A stretch of 64,000 nucleotides of DNA from Lama guanicoe (GCA_013239625.1 MU054323.1:744001-808000), one strand, 5' to 3'; numbered from the stretch's first letter, positions 1-12,743 are shown. Numbers and translations: made by a program. Notes: generated from the letters alone by a model not told the origin.

Positions 1-3000
1 GAGAGATAGGAACATGAGAGCATGCAGGATAGAAGAACTCTGCTTGGGTAAAGTATGGAAAGAGTCAAAGAAGAAGAGCCATTTGAGCAATGTCTTCAAA
101 GATGAGTAGGATTTCACAAGACAAATGAAGAGAAACAGAATTTCAGGCAGAAGGAACAGCATTATTAGCAATGTTATAAATATGAAAAAAATAGATGTTA
201 TGCCAGAAAACTGTGAACATTTTTTTATAGCATGGGGAAATGGGATGCAAATTTGGTAGAAGAGGAGTGAGATGGGAAAATTAACCTATTGGGTTTGTAT
301 AAACAGTGTTTATGCAGAATGCTAACGTGCACAAGAAATCATAGATGTTCTGGGAAATATAAGAGTTCTGCAGACAAATGCATTTGAGAATTGCTACATA
401 TCATATGCTTTACCCTCCTGCGGAGATTTACAATGAATAAAAAATTCTAGTAGGAAAAAGAGTAAGTAAATAAAATAATCTGTTTAACCTTGTTTCACAA
501 GTACTTGAAAATTGATTTTTTCTTTCATAGAACACCAGGTAACATCTCCAAGTACATATTTCAGAGACAAGTCACAGAAAGGTGGGTGTTGGATGTATGG
601 AGAATGGACTAGAGGAGGGAGGAAGTAAAGGCTGAGTGATGATTTTCTAAGGAAGACATGATGAAACTTGAGGTAAATAAAGCAACATGACCTGGGGTGA
701 ATCTGATAGATTTTGAGAGCTCTTTAGAGAGGGTATTTCTTAGGCCTTAATAATCAGCTGGAGGAGTAGGTTAAAGAAGAAGGAAAATTCATTTTTATGA
801 GTTTGTCTTGAATCTAAAAATACTGTGAATTTGAAAACCCAAGATAATACATGGTCTTTTCCAAAACTACTTTCTGCCCAAATTATGTGATACACAGAAG
901 TCCCAATATAAAAAAAACGCTTTTCCAGCTACCTAGAAACTTTAATTTTATGAGGAACATATTGTCTTTGATAATCAGAGTTCTCGAGACAAAGCTGAAC
1001 CAAATAATAGGGCTTAGGTATTCCAGGATACATGGCTGTGGATGGCCTGGGCAGCATCCCTAGGGTTGCTGTCCTAGGTACTGAACTCATTGTTCTAGTT
1101 ATTGGAAACGCTGCTTCTCTTGCCCTTCTGTCCCTGCCTCACACTCAGCATTCTGACGGAGCAGCAGCCTAGTACCAGACCGAGCAAAATTTCCTCCAAC
1201 TAGCATGCCTGCCCTTGCCAGAACCAGCTGACTCTGACTTTTGATCAAGACAACAGCCTGATTTCTCAGCTGGACTCCTGGCAGATCAGCAGCAAGCTGC
1301 AAGCTCTCTACATCCACAGAGGTTAAAAATATCCTGACAGGTAGGTAAACATTTCCTCCAGGAATAAATTGACCAGTCAGAGGAGCAGATAATTTGTGGC
1401 TGTGGATGGCTGTGAGCTGTAGGAATGAATTCTCAGGGTCTCATTTCAGCAGACTCAGGTTTCAGGACCTTGAAGTTTTCCCTTTGCAGGAAGCTTCTAT
1501 TGGCCACTGGCTTATGTCAAGCTCGCCCCTCTAAAGGACACATTTTCTGCCCTCAGGAACTGAAACATCGAGTGGACAAAGCAAACTCATAATTTAAAGT
1601 AGTGTGCAGTGGCCTATATTTAGCATCAGGTAAATTAAATGTATTAGAACCAAAAAGAGAGGATTAGCATTAAGTGGGTTAGTTATGGAAAGCTTCATGG
1701 AGGACGTGGAGTATGACCTGGCCCTTAATGCCCAGGTGAACTTCTTCAGATAGACAGTGAGGAAGACGGTGTGCATAAAGGCAGCATCGTAAGAGTGGAA
1801 ATGCCCATGATGCATTACAGAGACAGTAAATACTCCCCTGGTTCAGCCTAGGGCCCCCTCCCCTTTCATCCTCTCCAATTGCATTCACATATATAACCTC
1901 TCCCCTAGTGACTGCATTATTTATATCACACAAAAGGAAGAAAAAAAATCCTTTCAAATCTATTGAAATTTGGAAGAAAATGACTTTGTAGCCTCCTCCA
2001 AGTACTTTTGATATTTTCTAGAGACAAGCTTCTTCAAGGTATAAGAAGCATTGTAGAACTACTGGTCCTCAAGTCACAACATTGAAGACTAGCTCTTGGG
2101 TGGCTTAGAAAATGTTAATAAAATATAGCTCCTGACTTGAGAAAAAGCCTGTCATGGGGCAAACAAGGACAATTTGAAATGAACAGAAAGTTTAGAGAGA
2201 CAACTTAAAATGAACAGAAAGTAAACAGAGAGAAAGAGGAATCTGGAAATGGGCAATTTGATGGAAGAGACTGGAAGATTTCATAGAGAAAAGACCATCT
2301 TAAGTGAGTTTACAAAAACTTTCTGCCTAAAAGACACTTTCTAGACTAAATCTGAGACAACAGGCAAGAGAAGAGCTAGAGTAGTAAAAATACAGCCCCA
2401 GGAACTTGACGTGACCAGGGCAGAAAAATCTCCCTTCTTTGGAGTTTGACTTTAAAGTTGGAGCAGATAGAATGGCCAAGACCTCCCTATTTACTGTGTA
2501 GGAAGAACCATGTAGGTATGGTCAGTGGGGGTGAGGGTTCCCAGTAGTAAATACTAGGATTTTGGCAACTGATAGATAAATGTACTTAATATGAATAGTT
2601 TAAAAATTGTAATCAATGTTATATAGTATTGATCAATCACTTACTTTGTGATGACTAATTATCCTACAGACCTATCAAACAGCAAACACCTAGAAATGCT
2701 GTCTCCTCACTGACATGCATGAAATCAGATTGCAAATATTCACCAGGTTTCATGAATGTGACAGCTGAGCTCTTCTTCACCATCCTGCCAAGAGAACTCT
2801 GATGAACCACCCAATTTCTGGCTGGTAGGAAGGGTATTCAGTTCCTCACTAGTTGTGTTCCTGTTGACACTCACACTTCTACTTGCTCAGTTTTTCCCGT
2901 GTCCTTTGACTCTCAACACTCATTTAATTAGGATCCCTTTCTTCTCCTCTCTCTCTTTCAAAGACGCCTTCCCTTTCTCTCTTTCTAGTTTTCGTCCATT

Positions 3001-3637
3001 TATAATTTGTCCATGTGCCCATTTACAGTAAATTTCCCATTCCTATTCATTTCCCTTTGTCTCTTGTATATGGCGCCATGGACGGCCTCTCTTGGGGACT
3101 TTGATCTGTGGGGAGCACACACAGTTAGGTCTCAGGCGATCAGCTTCAAAGGTTCAGGAATTAAAAGTAATGCTCTAGAACAGTTTCAATGTTCAATAGT
3201 TAAGATAATTGCTTTAGAGCTTCAGATGCCTGAAAAAATGTGCTTTTATGGAATAGGTTATTTGCTAATTTTACCGAATCCATAAAGGACTTGAGAAAAA
3301 AAAATAGAGCCTTTAATAGAGTTTCTTAGCATCCTTGAACAAGGAGGTCTCATGTATCTCTAGATCTGAGTCATGTCTCTGTGTATTTGGTGCCTTTTTA
3401 AAATAATGAGGGTCTTTCCTGAAGTGAGTAAGATATACCTGGTACCAAGAGTAGTTCATTTTGGGTATTTCATGCTGTGTATGAAGAGACCGAGGCTTAG
3501 AGGGGTGAAAGGCAGTTGTTGTGATTTCCTGGTCCTCAGAGCAAGTGTTTAGCAAATATCTACGTTCATGTGCTTATTACCCACTTAGCCTTGAGCATCA
3601 TATAAAAGAGCTGTATTTTTAAATATATGTACCAAAC

Positions 3638-3643
3638 TTTAAT
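3638..3643 (-). terminator. Probable distal polyadenylation signal ATTAAA
   Basis: Minus strand ...gaaatgaaaATTAAAgtttggtacatat..., with an upstream UGUA and U-rich sequence downstream. Confidence 0.6.
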
Positions 3644-5709
3644 TTTCATTTCACACTCAAAACTTCTGTACAAAAAGAGGCAAAGCAGGCAAAAAAATGA
3701 CAGTGACTTCAGCAAACAACATCTGACAACTTTAAAACAGCTTCGTGTATGCAACAGCCTTTATAGATGTAGTGGGGAAACTGGGTTCCAAAGTCTTTGT
3801 TTCTTTAAGATGAAATTCCAAGCTTCATTATTAACATCTAGAAAAATCTGTAGCAGTCTAGGATACAAGATTGAATGAGCAGTCTCCGACTTCTACAGCA
3901 CAATTAGATCCCAAGATTGAGCAGGTTTCACTTGCCTTTTGAGGAAGCATGAAATTACTGTTACTTAAATGTGATGATGTATTAAAAAAACCTCAGTTAT
4001 CATTGACATCTTGATACAATGTTGATGACTAGTAGCAAACATTGATGAAGCATGATCTGAACTGATAGTTAAAGGACAGTATCTGGTGACTTTCCTTCTG
4101 GTTTTTAATTAATACTCCAGCCCCAATGGGTCACCGTAATTCAAAACATTCATTGCCATTTTTTCAACTAATTCTTAGTGGCACATAAAAGGTTTCTGAG
4201 AACAAAGTTATAATGTCAAACTAGCAGTGCATCTGAGAAATAGAATTTTCACCTTGTCGCTTGCCCCCAAATAAATATGAGTAATGGAAAACACTTTAAT
4301 TTGAAAACTATGAGACATCAAATATGAAATATAGTTAACATTACATGGATACCGTGGCTAGCGCTCTCCTCTAAACCACCCGCGGGCCTTGGACATGTGC
4401 ACGCAGCACAAAGAAATGTCATTGTCCAAGGACGTCCGTTGCCTGGAGGACAGTCTGTTAAAAGGGTTTGTCTCCCACAGCAGCTCTGGAGTGGACCCAA
4501 GGCCCATCACCCGCTAGTGATCACAGACACTCAGTTAACCTGTCCTCCTGTTCATGAGAGGCAACAGCTCAGGCCCTGGGCTTTTGAGAATCCAGGTACT
4601 GATGAATCCTGGCTTTGAAACAAGGTAGCCTGACTGAATTGGGGCAGGCCGGCAGCCCCTCCCATATGTTTGGTCCTATTGATAGAAAGCCTAATTGAAA
4701 GTTATAAATGTGCTCAACTGTTCACTCTGCAAGTCCTCTCCTCTCTCCAAGACTTAATCTCCTTCCTGATAAAGGAGGAAAGAAGCCCCAGTGATGACGA
4801 ATGGTGAATGCCTCTCTATTTCTCGTCTTGACAGTTGCTGCCCAAAGATAACATGTGGCTGCCAAACAGAAGAACGTTTCTTGAGCTGAATATTTAGTGA
4901 ATTTGTTTACCCAGGGTTATCCCACTCTCTGGCTTCCTCTAGGGTTTTAGAATCCCTGGGTTTGAAAAGGTCTTGAAAGCCATCTAGCACATTTCTGTTC
5001 TGATGAGAGAGCCCTCATCCAAGCAGCTGTCCTTGTTCAGCTTGAAAAGCTCCAAGGAAAAGGGCCTTTCCTCTTCTTGTTGACTGACATTTAGATACAG
5101 ACCAGGGAATCTGTTCTGCCACTTGATTGGATTTCTTTGCTAAAAATAAACCAAAGTATGTCTCCTTTTTTCTTGGAGGATCCTAGGGAATGCCAGCTGG
5201 CCACTAAAGTCCAGAAAGCAAAGATGTGACAGCTTATTCTCTGGGACCTTGTGAATGATGCCAAACCCTGATGGACGCAGATCCAACTTCTGTAATTATC
5301 ATTCCCCTGGGCAACTCCTTCTATCAGAAGTAGGCAAGTGATTAGATAGGCCAGGCTGAGGGTTTATTTAAAAGTGTCCAGTACCATCCCATAGTATGTA
5401 TGCATAGGCCACGTGGTGAAAGAAAAAGGGCAGAGTCAGGAATGAGGCATCCTGGGTTCTAGTCCTACATGTGGGTGATCCTGTTTGACTTCATCCTCTG
5501 TCTCACTTCTCCACTGGAGATCAGACTAAAAGAGCTCCAAGATGCCATTCTGAGCTCTGCTCTGCAGACAGAATGGCCCTTGTCGCATTGTTAACCATCA
5601 GAACAAGCTGGGGTGACGCTGACTGGATTCTGCTTACTAAGGAAGGATGTGAGAGTCAGTCTGTTTACTGGCTCACAGCCTTGTAGGGCTATTGGAGATT
5701 ATCTGTTTT

Positions 5710-5825
5710 ATTTGCCCATTTTATAGAGGAGGCAAGTGAGACACAGAGAGCATAAGTGAATTTCCCAAGATCACTCTGTGAATCAGTAGGGCCAGGACTA
5801 AACCCGGGCAGTCAGACCAGAGATT
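5710..5825 (-). mobile_element. MIR fragment within the 3' UTR
   Basis: CCCATTTTATAGAGGAGGCAAGTGAGACACAGAGAG..AAGTGAATTTCCCAAGATCAC..GGACTAAACCCGGGCAGTC. Confidence 0.7.
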
Positions 5826-6871
5826 ATACATTGAGACAAGCTGGCAGTTGGGTCGTGGAAGGGCTGCCTTTTAAGTATCAGGTAACCAGAAAACAAAACT
5901 ATCTCCTGTAAATTCCCCCAGTTTTCTGGTAACTAAATAAGTGCCTAGACCTCTGCTGACACACGAATGGTCCGCAGAGGACAGGGCTCCTGTTAGGAGC
6001 GGCTGTGTGCCCAGCGCTCCACAGACACCGGGAATGTTAGCAAACTCACCCGCAATCTGAGCCAGTGCTCCGTCTCCCTGACCCTGCAGACAGAGGCGTG
6101 AAGCAGAGAGATGATGTCCTGCTGCCTCGGTGCCCCTCCTCCCCACCTGTCCCCTACTTCCAAGACAAGCCCCGTCGCCAGCCCAGCCACAGCAGCACAT
6201 CATCTAGTCTCGCTTCCTTCCCACGCGCTGATTCAAACACAGCTGGTTTTCCTCTTGAGAAGCTGAAAGGGAGCGCTAGAGGGCAGAAATCGAAGCAGAA
6301 AGAGAAGATGCTGATAAGTAAACTTATGTGCAAACGGAAAAGTTGCACGTGTGCTGTGCGGCCTGAGGAAAGAGAGGGGGCCGTGCTGAATTCCAGACTC
6401 GTGGGTTGGGGTCTCCATGTGCATTTTTCTTTCCTTGGATCCCTCTCTCTCCCTGTCAGGATAACAGCTGCGTTTCCTGTAGCTGAGCTGACACAGGAAA
6501 TCAAAGATTTTGTCTTTCTATAGCTATACCTCCCAGTGAGGTTACACATCTAGAATTAAAACCCGACCGCAAACTATTAGGAATTTCTGATTGTTACAGG
6601 TGTAAAGAAATCCAGTAGCAAAGATCAGCGTCTCCAAATTTTGCCTTCGGAGAAGGGGACTTTGTTGTCGACATCAAAGGTAAGGCTCTCCAGTCAATTT
6701 ATGCTCTGCTGGGTTGAGTCAGTCAGGATACAGATTAAGGTCCATATATTTCAGTGACAAGAAGGAAACGGTTATGTAAATACACGAGTATTAACATCAA
6801 TCTGTATTAAATTATGTAAACATATACATCTTCTGAGGTCAGTACAAAGATCCTCTTCTCTGAGCAAAGCT

Positions 6872-6935
6872 TTACTGCAGCATTGCTCGAATCTGTTTGG
6901 AAGTCGATTCATCATTCAAGTGTTTTGTAGTGAAC
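6872..6935 (-). CDS. CYRIA: CYRI-A last coding exon FTTKHLNDESTSKQIRAMLQ*
   Basis: atccag|G TTC ACT ACA...CTG CAG TAA. 64 nt. Total CDS 70+122+106+137+78+117+80+127+71+64 = 972 nt. Confidence 0.97.
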
Positions 6936-7519
6936 CTGGATGGAGAGAAAATGATGGGGGTCAGTGTGCAAACCACGCTCTGTGAAAGCTTCGACGATAA
7001 TGACTCACCAGCCTATCTTTACGTTGGGAGACACAACTGATATTTAGAAACCAAACTCGGCCTTGGTCTTTTAGATGAAGAGCGACACTTCACTGCCCAG
7101 AGTGCGCCCAGAGCACTCTCAGGTTTAATATCTGATCCTTCCTTCCAAAGGAATTTTATATTGTGGTTATTAGACAAGTAGATCTTCTATATAATCAAAT
7201 AATCATGCAGAGAGATACAAGCAATCTCGCTGTCCCGGGGAGTAGACTGCACGGGCTTCAGTGCAGGATCTAGGTTGGCTACCCCTGCGGGGTGTTAAAA
7301 TATGGATTTGCATATAACACATTACCCAATACTTAAAAAATTCATGGTTTTCTACTTTGATGGGGATGCTCGTCCTCACTGTCACCACAAGGGGGCGCAA
7401 AGGCAGGTCCACATGAGGAAAAAGCAGTGTAATTTGTATCCTCACATGAACTGGTGTAAAATAGTTTGTGAAAAGGAAGGAAAGGAGAATTAGCTTGTCG
7501 TAAAATCTTGACCTTGTCC

Positions 7520-7705
7520 TAGGCACTCCGTGGAAGTTTTTATTTCACTCACACTAACTTTTTACAGAACAGGTTACTGCCTCCATTTTACGGATGAGAA
7601 AACTGAGATTCAGAGGCATTCAATGACCCATTCCAGATGACAAATATGACGGTGCATGATTTGTAAACAATTTGTGATTTCTGATTTGGATTCAGGTCTG
7701 GCTCT
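7520..7705 (-). mobile_element. MIR fragment
   Basis: CCATTTTACGGATGAGAAAACTGAGATTCAGAG core. Confidence 0.7.
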
Positions 7706-8438
7706 ACTCCTTCATCACTAGGCCTCCCGAGAGACACAAAAGGCCAAGACTCAGACAGAACTCATAGCCCATCACAGTGCCCTGCGTTCGAAGCCTTGCT
7801 TGACTGAATGAAGCTAGAAAGTTTAAAAAAAAAAAATCAGACGCCAAAGTCTTCTTACTGAGCATGGAAAGCCAGCCTTCCGTGAAATGGGCTCCAAGGG
7901 AGAAAACCTTGGTTCACCCGCAGAATCTGGAAGGCTCTCGGATGAAAACCACATCTGTTCTGAAGAGTGAGGACTTAGCACCTCCACAAACAGGATCAAC
8001 CTCAGAGCTTAGTTTATTCATTTCATGGGTGCTTCAGTTTCTTTTTTCACTGAATGGGAAAATAGATCTCAGCGCTCTGGCTTGTGATAACTAAACGGGA
8101 CGGCATGACGGGAAATGAAATACACACACGTGGGGGGTTAGTGCTCCGTTCCACTCACACTTACTGAACATTTACTAAATGCACAATGTGGAGCAGAACG
8201 GAGGGAAATCGAAGATGAGTAGGACAGCAGGGACCATAAACTTTCCAGACTGTGATCCAGATTGGCACGAGTCAACAAGCTCCTGTAGATGGGTCACAGC
8301 TGAAAAATAAGACCCCCGCCCCCGAGGTGGATTAGGCACGTGTCCTGGGGAAGAGAGCAGGTGCTGGGGCATCACTCATTGGCAGCGAGGGGCTGTAAGG
8401 GGCACTGGCCAAACACAGGGACATCCAGGCGGTGGAGA

Positions 8439-8635
8439 GCAGGGTTCTCGGTTCTGGCAGCTGCGCATACGAATCGCCCTGGGACCTTCAGAACAAACAC
8501 GCAAGAACGAAATGGATGCCCGAGTCCCTACCTCAGAGATTCGAATTCATTTGCTCTGGATTGGCCCTGAGTATCAGTGCTTTCAAAAGCCGCCCACATA
8601 ATTCTCACGTACAGCTGGTCTGGGGGCCATGGGCG
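8439..8635. mobile_element. MER5A-like hAT-Charlie MITE (degenerate)
   Basis: CAGGGTTCTC...GAATCGCCCTGGGA...GATGCCCGAGTCCCTACCTCAGAGATTC...TTTCAAAAGCCGCCCACATAATTCT. Confidence 0.6.
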
Positions 8636-8734
8636 CAGGGGGAAGTGAGACCCAGGGAGCTTCTGCTTCTGACAGGTCCTCTCTAACCACAGAGCAGCGT
8701 GGCCGGGAGGTAGGCCCTCGACCTGCAGGGCCGC

Positions 8735-8925
8735 CCCGGCCTGGGTTTAGGTCCTAGCTCAGCCATCTGCTGGGAGGCTTTTGGCAAGTTAGTTAACTTC
8801 TCTAAATTTTGGTTTCTTCCATCTGTAAAAGGGGGATGATAAAAACGGTGCTGACCTCAATAGCGTGCTGGGAAGATTAAATGTGTTAACAGATGTAAGG
8901 GGTTAAGCCTGGTGTTCTGGCCCTC
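8735..8925 (+). mobile_element. MIR SINE, about 70 bp from coding exon 9
   Basis: CCTGGGTTTAGGTCCTAGCTCAGCCA..GGCAAGTTAGTTAACTTCTCT..TTTCTTCCATCTGTAAAAGGGGGATGATAA..GAAGATTAAATG. Confidence 0.8.
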
Positions 8926-8993
8926 GGATCCCAACAGCATCTGAATTTGCAGTGGATCTGAAGGGTTGGCTGCCCCGCAGGGCTGAGGCTCAC

Positions 8994-9064
8994 CTGAGGG
9001 CGTTCAGTAGCCCCTCCACACTGTCCGGGGCCTGTTCCTTCAAAACCTTGATGCAGCCTTTCAT
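8994..9064 (-). CDS. CYRIA: CYRI-A coding exon 9 MKGCIKVLKEQAPDSVEGLLNAL(R)
   Basis: tcctag|ATG AAA GGC...GCC CTC AG|gtgagc. 71 nt. Confidence 0.97.
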
Positions 9065-11349
9065 CTAGGAGGAAAAAGCACAACATTTCGTTAATATCCT
9101 AGTAATTCTGTCCATCATGATATCTGTCCATAATAATATCACATTATTTCTGCCCATGGAAATCAAACACAGAAATGACCCACAGACCTTCCTACTTCCT
9201 CGGGCCAGTGAGTTGCTTCTCTGGGCTTCTAGAAGGTTCTGTGTCAGTGTTCATATTATACTGCCATTGAACATTGTATGTGCCTGGCATTTGGGGACAA
9301 AGACTTGGGGCTTTGATCTTCTTGTCTGGGACTCCAGAGCCAAGGGCAGAGCTCTTCCTCCAGCCTGTGCTCAGTTGAGAATCACTGGATGAATTACAAA
9401 CCTGCTCATTTTAAGCCATCCCTCTGCCCAGAATGCTCTTCCTCCTTCAGCTGTTTGACTGGCAGACCCTTAACAATTTTCTTAGCACTCAGCTGAAGAT
9501 CACCAACCCCAGGAAGCCTCTTCTGACCTCATTACCTTAACCAGGTAGAAGTAACCAGCACCTCTTTGTATTCCCAGTAGCATGCTGGCATTTCTCAGAG
9601 AACCTTAAGGATTTTGTTCCCGGACAAAGTTGCCTCCCTCATTAGACCAGCAGAGGGCCGGTAAAGGACAGTGGTTAGGAATGCGAACCACGTAGACACA
9701 GGAAGCCTGGGTTTCACCCATCCTTCCTTGTTTAGTATCTTCATGAACCTAGGCAAATTTTCTTAGTTTTCTGTGCCCTTGTGATATAATTTATTCGTAA
9801 TTTGGGAAATTCGTGAAAACTAAATTTATACAGATCACATTATATTATGTACATTCTGGAATTATTATTATTTTTATTTTTGCAAAGGAAAAATCTTTCT
9901 GAGAAGAATACACTCGCTCACTTGAAGCTCAGATGTTCATGTACTGATCCAAGAATACTGTACTAAGGGTCTCTTTTGTAATGGTCATTTATAAAGATTT
10001 TCTCTGGGTATACTTCTGGTATGTGGACATTTTTTCCCTAAAGTCCCGAAAAGCCCTTTAGATTGATGGAAGCGGCCAGAAGCACGGGGCTGAGAATCAT
10101 CTGGGGGCAGGTCTAGGCTCATCAAAAAAGAATGTCGTAGTCAATCAGAGACGCCTGCCATGGGTGCAGGACGGGATCAAGCTCAGGATGAGGAGACCTG
10201 GTCCCTCTCCCAGAAGAGCTCATGTCTAGTGGGAGAAGAGAGGTACATGGTTCATTAGGAGGTGGGGTCTGGAATTCTGGGTGAGGTTTGGGCTGGGGAC
10301 GGGGGTTAAGGAGTAATTCTGCAGTGGACCATCTGATACAATTTTAAGGAAATCAGTTGCAAACGCCATGTCACTCCAGCCTGCTTTCCTGGCACCCCTG
10401 ACTAGCATCGGTTCTCTAAATGACACGGATCCCTCAGGGCTTCCACGACTTTGCTCTGATGATACCTGCCCCCACCCCACCAACCCCCACCTGCCTGCAG
10501 TACTCTTCCTCATCTCTGCCCATGCGGTAGAATCCTACCCCTTCTTCAAGGTCCACCTCGAACATCACCCTCTGTCCCTGCCTCTACACAGAGCTTCTCC
10601 CTCAGCCCGGTTTCCGGAGCTCCCGCGCCTCCATCGTGCACTCCTGAACACGTTCTCTGTAAGAGCAGGTAACGGTACCTGTTTCAGGGCCTCACAGATA
10701 AATATTTGTTTTTTTTTCCATAGCTGATACCCTAAGGATTTATAAACCAAGTGCCTGTGACTCCTGGCTTAGAGGCAGACTGGTTCCTGGAAGAAGCCCC
10801 TTTATGTCCTCAAAGAAAATGGTCCATCAGACCACTGCCTGGTAGACCCGAAACCTTCTTAGATACGTGCAAACTTTGAGATGAACAAACCTTTCTTAGT
10901 GAGACCTGTGTGAACAGACTTCATCAAGACTGCGTACGGTTAGATCTAATATGATATAATGCTTAGGGCCTCAGCAGAAAGACTGCAAATGACAAGCAAG
11001 GACCAGCTTTTTAAAGGTTTGGGCTAAGACATACTTGTACGCAGTATATTTTTAATTACTGACTCTATGACAAGCTAACGAATGGCTGCGGTAAATGAGA
11101 ATGTCCTGTGGAATGCCAGGTAATAAATTAGGTCTACATTCAGATGATATTCATGGGTTATTAATAAAGCTATTTATTCCCAATCTATAGCATAAAAATG
11201 TTTAAGCCTCACAAAGAATACAGTAAAAATATTGATTGGTGGGAAAAAACTTCCATAATAGACCATTATGCAAATTAAATAAGTTTTAAAATTGCAATTA
11301 GAACAGGGTGCTAATTTGTTAAGTGCATACACACATTGGCACAAACATC

Positions 11350-11525
11350 TGTGTAACAAGAAGGGATGTCTAGATGCTGACATAATGACAGTGGTCATCT
11401 GTCCATGGTGAGGTCACCACGGATACACTTAATTTTCTGTATTTTGATTTCCTGTATTTTCTCCAAAACTTTATACTAAATATTTATTTTCTTGGCAAAT
11501 AGAAGTAATTACATTAAAAATAATG
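11350..11525 (+). mobile_element. Ancient L1ME-type 3' end remnant
   Basis: ACAGTGGTCATCTG..GGTGAGG..TTTTCTGTATTTT..CCAAAACTTT pattern typical of L1ME 3' UTRs. Confidence 0.5.
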
Positions 11526-11894
11526 ATGCCTCTATGAAGAACTTTGATGAGCCAGGGAACCAGGACCTCAAAATGAGTAATCCAAGTTGCATTATTCATT
11601 GATACATTTTCTTGCTTTCATCAGACTCATGGCTCCGCTGAGCACATGGGCCTTCTGTCTGCACAGAACTAGAGCATCGGAGATGCGGCTCTGTGCGGAT
11701 AAATGAGCATACAGTGTGTCATCCGAACTTAGCCGTGTCAGAGTAGGTTAGCACCGAGACATCCTATTCCGTACTAAACCAATGGCATACACTCCTGGGT
11801 GCTGTGGCAGGCCAACGCTGGGACGAGACGAGGACTGCTTTATCCCGCCATCAACAGGAAGTCACCAGCACACCAGAATCATTTGTTTTCCAGT

Positions 11895-12245
11895 CATATT
11901 CATTCATTCAGCAACAGCTGTGGGGAGCATCTACTGAGCGCCATGCTCTACATGCTAAGGACACTGCCAGGCAAAGGAGCAGACATTGGGGTATAGAGCC
12001 TGGTCTCTGCCCTTGTCAACAAACTCAGAGTCTGTGAGGGAGTCAGAAAATCCAAAATGGTAGGTGACTGTGGCCAGAGCAGAAGGAAGACTCTGACCCA
12101 TGCAGGGCACAGGGGATGTGCTCTGAGAAGAGGCAACATTGGGGAGTGTCTTAAAGGAATCCACCCAGCAGAGAAGAGGCAGGGTACTCCTGGCAGGGGA
12201 AAGGGCTCAAGCCCCAGGACAAGAAAAGGCATTTGAATCGGGTGG
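11895..12245 (-). mobile_element. L2 3' end remnant
   Basis: ATTCATTCATTCAGCAAC...GAGCATCTACTGAGCGCCA...GGTCTCTGCCCT, the reverse complement of the L2 tail. Confidence 0.6.
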
Positions 12246-12616
12246 AGCAACCTGCAGGGGCGATGGGAGAGGAAGTTGGAACGCTGTTCTATTCGATGCT
12301 TTTCACATCGAGACACATACAACATATAAAACCATAGATTTCAGCAGCACTCTGGGTAAGTTGCACGGGCAGCGGCTGACTGTTCCCCTGCTCGGCTCCT
12401 CTACCTTCCTGCTGTGCTTGTGAGGTGGGATGTTTTGTTAGAAGCACATGAAAAAGCCTGGACTTGCTACGAGGAGAGCTGCCATGATGGGGTTTTTGTC
12501 TCAGAGAGCTCACTCAGAGGGTGATGGGGGGAGAGAGAGAGAGAGAGAGGAGCAAGGTTTATGTGGCGACATTCATGAGCTCTTGCTGGGAAAGCACATT
12601 TCACAGCTATTCTTAC

Positions 12617-12743
12617 ATCGATCTTGGAGGTCTTGCAGAAAGCTCCCACGGGGTGGACGTGGTCGTACAGGATGATGACCCCCACCATCACCCGCATGCA
12701 GAACATCAGCGTCTCTTCGCTGGTGAACCTGCTCCTGTACTCC
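12617..12743 (-). CDS. CYRIA: CYRI-A coding exon 8 [42 protein letters not shown]
   Basis: ttgcag|G GAG TAC...ATC GAT|gtaaga. 127 nt. Peptide is visible in supplied ORF 12467..12766(-). Confidence 0.98.

Larger units (their letters stand above)
3620..6871 (-). other. CYRIA: CYRIA 3' UTR (~3.25 kb; distal end inferred)
   Basis: Follows the TAA at 6872. The AU-rich distal part has a TTTTTGTACA (UGUA) element just upstream of ATTAAA at 3638-3643. Confidence 0.7.

Noticed and set aside
2168..2232. ~31-bp imperfect tandem duplication containing AAATGAACAGAAAGT twice
   Set aside because: Ordinary slippage duplication in downstream flank, with no functional cue.
5871..6549. Overlapping 110-152 aa ORFs on both strands
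   Set aside because: They lie inside the CYRIA 3' UTR, have no recognisable homology and mostly non-ATG starts.
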